A stretch of 64,000 bases of DNA from a virus (Duplodnaviria; Caudoviricetes), in IMG/VR virus record IMGVR_UViG_3300032138_000004, positions 1-64,000 of that record. One strand, written 5' to 3'. A model generated the notes under the pieces. That model saw nothing but the letters and a program-made list of their open reading frames with translations, had not been told where the DNA came from and ran no database searches. Position 1 is the first letter of the stretch. Every line of letters starts with the position of its first letter. Of the stretch, positions 63,185-64,000 are shown piece after piece. A program made the translations under genes and the position numbers.

Positions 63185-64000
63185 CTACGCAGCCATGGGC
63201 TGCATGGCCTTTGCGATGGTGCCGATGAGAGCCTGCACCCCTTCGGCGCGGCTCTCTGGTGGTAGCTGCATGACCTGCTCGAGGAGCTGGGCCACGCCGG
63301 GGTCGTTCCCGAACTGCTGAGCGATGACCTGCAGCGCCTGGTCGGGCGGCATGGCCTGCAGCTGCGCCAGGAACTGCTCGGCCTCCGAACCCGGCGGGCC
63401 AGCAGGGGGAGCACCAGGGGGAGGCGCAACCTCAGCGCCCGGGGGCGGCGGGCCAGCTGGCGGGGCATCGGCAGGTGCGGGCTCACCGGCGGGCGGCGTG
63501 TCACCACCCTCCTCGGCTGCCTCTTCCTCGGCCTGTGCCAGCTGCGACAGCAGGCGGTCGGGGTCGAGCTGCTCGGGCAGGGTGAAGTGCGACCACATGG
63601 CGCGCATCGAGGCCTCAGCCAGGATGCCCTCGGGTGTGCCCCGCTTCGCCACCGCCGTCAGGAACTCGACCTTGTAGGGCTCGAGCAGGTTCTTGAGGTT
63701 CGTCTGGATCTCCGCGTAGGTGCGCGGGCTCCGGCCCTCCTCGCTGAATCCGTAGGTGAACTCGCTGTCGATGTCCTCGATGGTGATCTCGACCCGTTCC
63801 TTGCGTGCGTTCTGCAGCACGATGACCTCGGCCATGTCGCGGGCGCCGTCGCCTTCGGGCGCCTCGAGGAGGCCGTCGTCGTCCGCCGTCGGCGTCGCCG
63901 CCTCACGAAGCTCGTGCATGAAGCCGAAGCCGTCGTCGACCTTTCCGTCGGGGCCCACGAGGTCGTCCTCGTCCTCGTCCTCCTGCTCGGTGTCCTCGTC
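63185..64000 (-). CDS. C-terminal part of a probable podovirus-type portal protein (runs off the window)
   Basis: ITIEDIDSEFTYGFSEEGRSP...helical region, Pro/Gln-rich tail; order portal-FmdB-scaffold-MCP; N-terminus not visible. Confidence 0.5.
   Translation of the reverse strand, partial: DEDTEQEDEDEDDLVGPDGKVDDGFGFMHELREAATPTADDDGLLEAPEGDGARDMAEVIVLQNARKERVEITIEDIDSEFTYGFSEEGRSPRTYAEIQTNLKNLLEPYKVEFLTAVAKRGTPEGILAEASMRAMWSHFTLPEQLDPDRLLSQLAQAEEEAAEEGGDTPPAGEPAPADAPPAGPPPPGAEVAPPPGAPPAGPPGSEAEQFLAQLQAMPPDQALQVIAQQFGNDPGVAQLLEQVMQLPPESRAEGVQALIGTIAKAMQPMAA

Noticed and set aside
1-64000. tRNA, rRNA, IS elements, introns or inteins
   Set aside because: None recognised by eye; TerL, helicase and MTase are of normal length. 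tRNAscan and Infernal were not run, so absence is not proven

Overview
GC-rich tailed-phage (Caudoviricetes-type) DNA. I recognised no host housekeeping genes, rRNA, tRNA, CRISPR array, integrase or transposase. Two blocks meet tail-to-tail at about 23.2 kb. LEFT (1-23198): a leftward replication/recombination operon (tandem-HTH regulator, possible annealing protein, Rad50/SMC-like ATPase, UvrD helicase, O-like replication initiator, RdgC-like protein, orphan N6/N4 MTase), a divergent control region, and a rightward arm (PD-(D/E)XK nuclease, KH-domain protein, DEDD exonuclease, M15 endolysin, TerS, GpA-type TerL, portal, small membrane genes) with no capsid gene. RIGHT (23202-64000, almost all minus strand): a podovirus-like morphogenesis operon with a probable second portal (truncated at the window edge), scaffold, major capsid, tail adaptor and nozzle, ejection proteins, a 7058-aa polyvalent protein, fibre-like genes and an NlpC/P60 lysis cassette. 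Main highlights: (1) the giant protein is a string of enzyme cassettes (3x ExQSD domain, HhH glycosylase-like, GP88-like Fe-S, JAB, PRTase, ART, two zincins, C5-MTase) joined by a recurring (P)L(F/Y)Q..RG linker; (2) an 18-nt SD-containing leader is repeated exactly in front of four early genes, in an element that also encodes a KH RNA-binding protein; (3) two apparently unrelated packaging and lysis sets sit side by side. All calls come from motif reading by eye, and domain borders are approximate.
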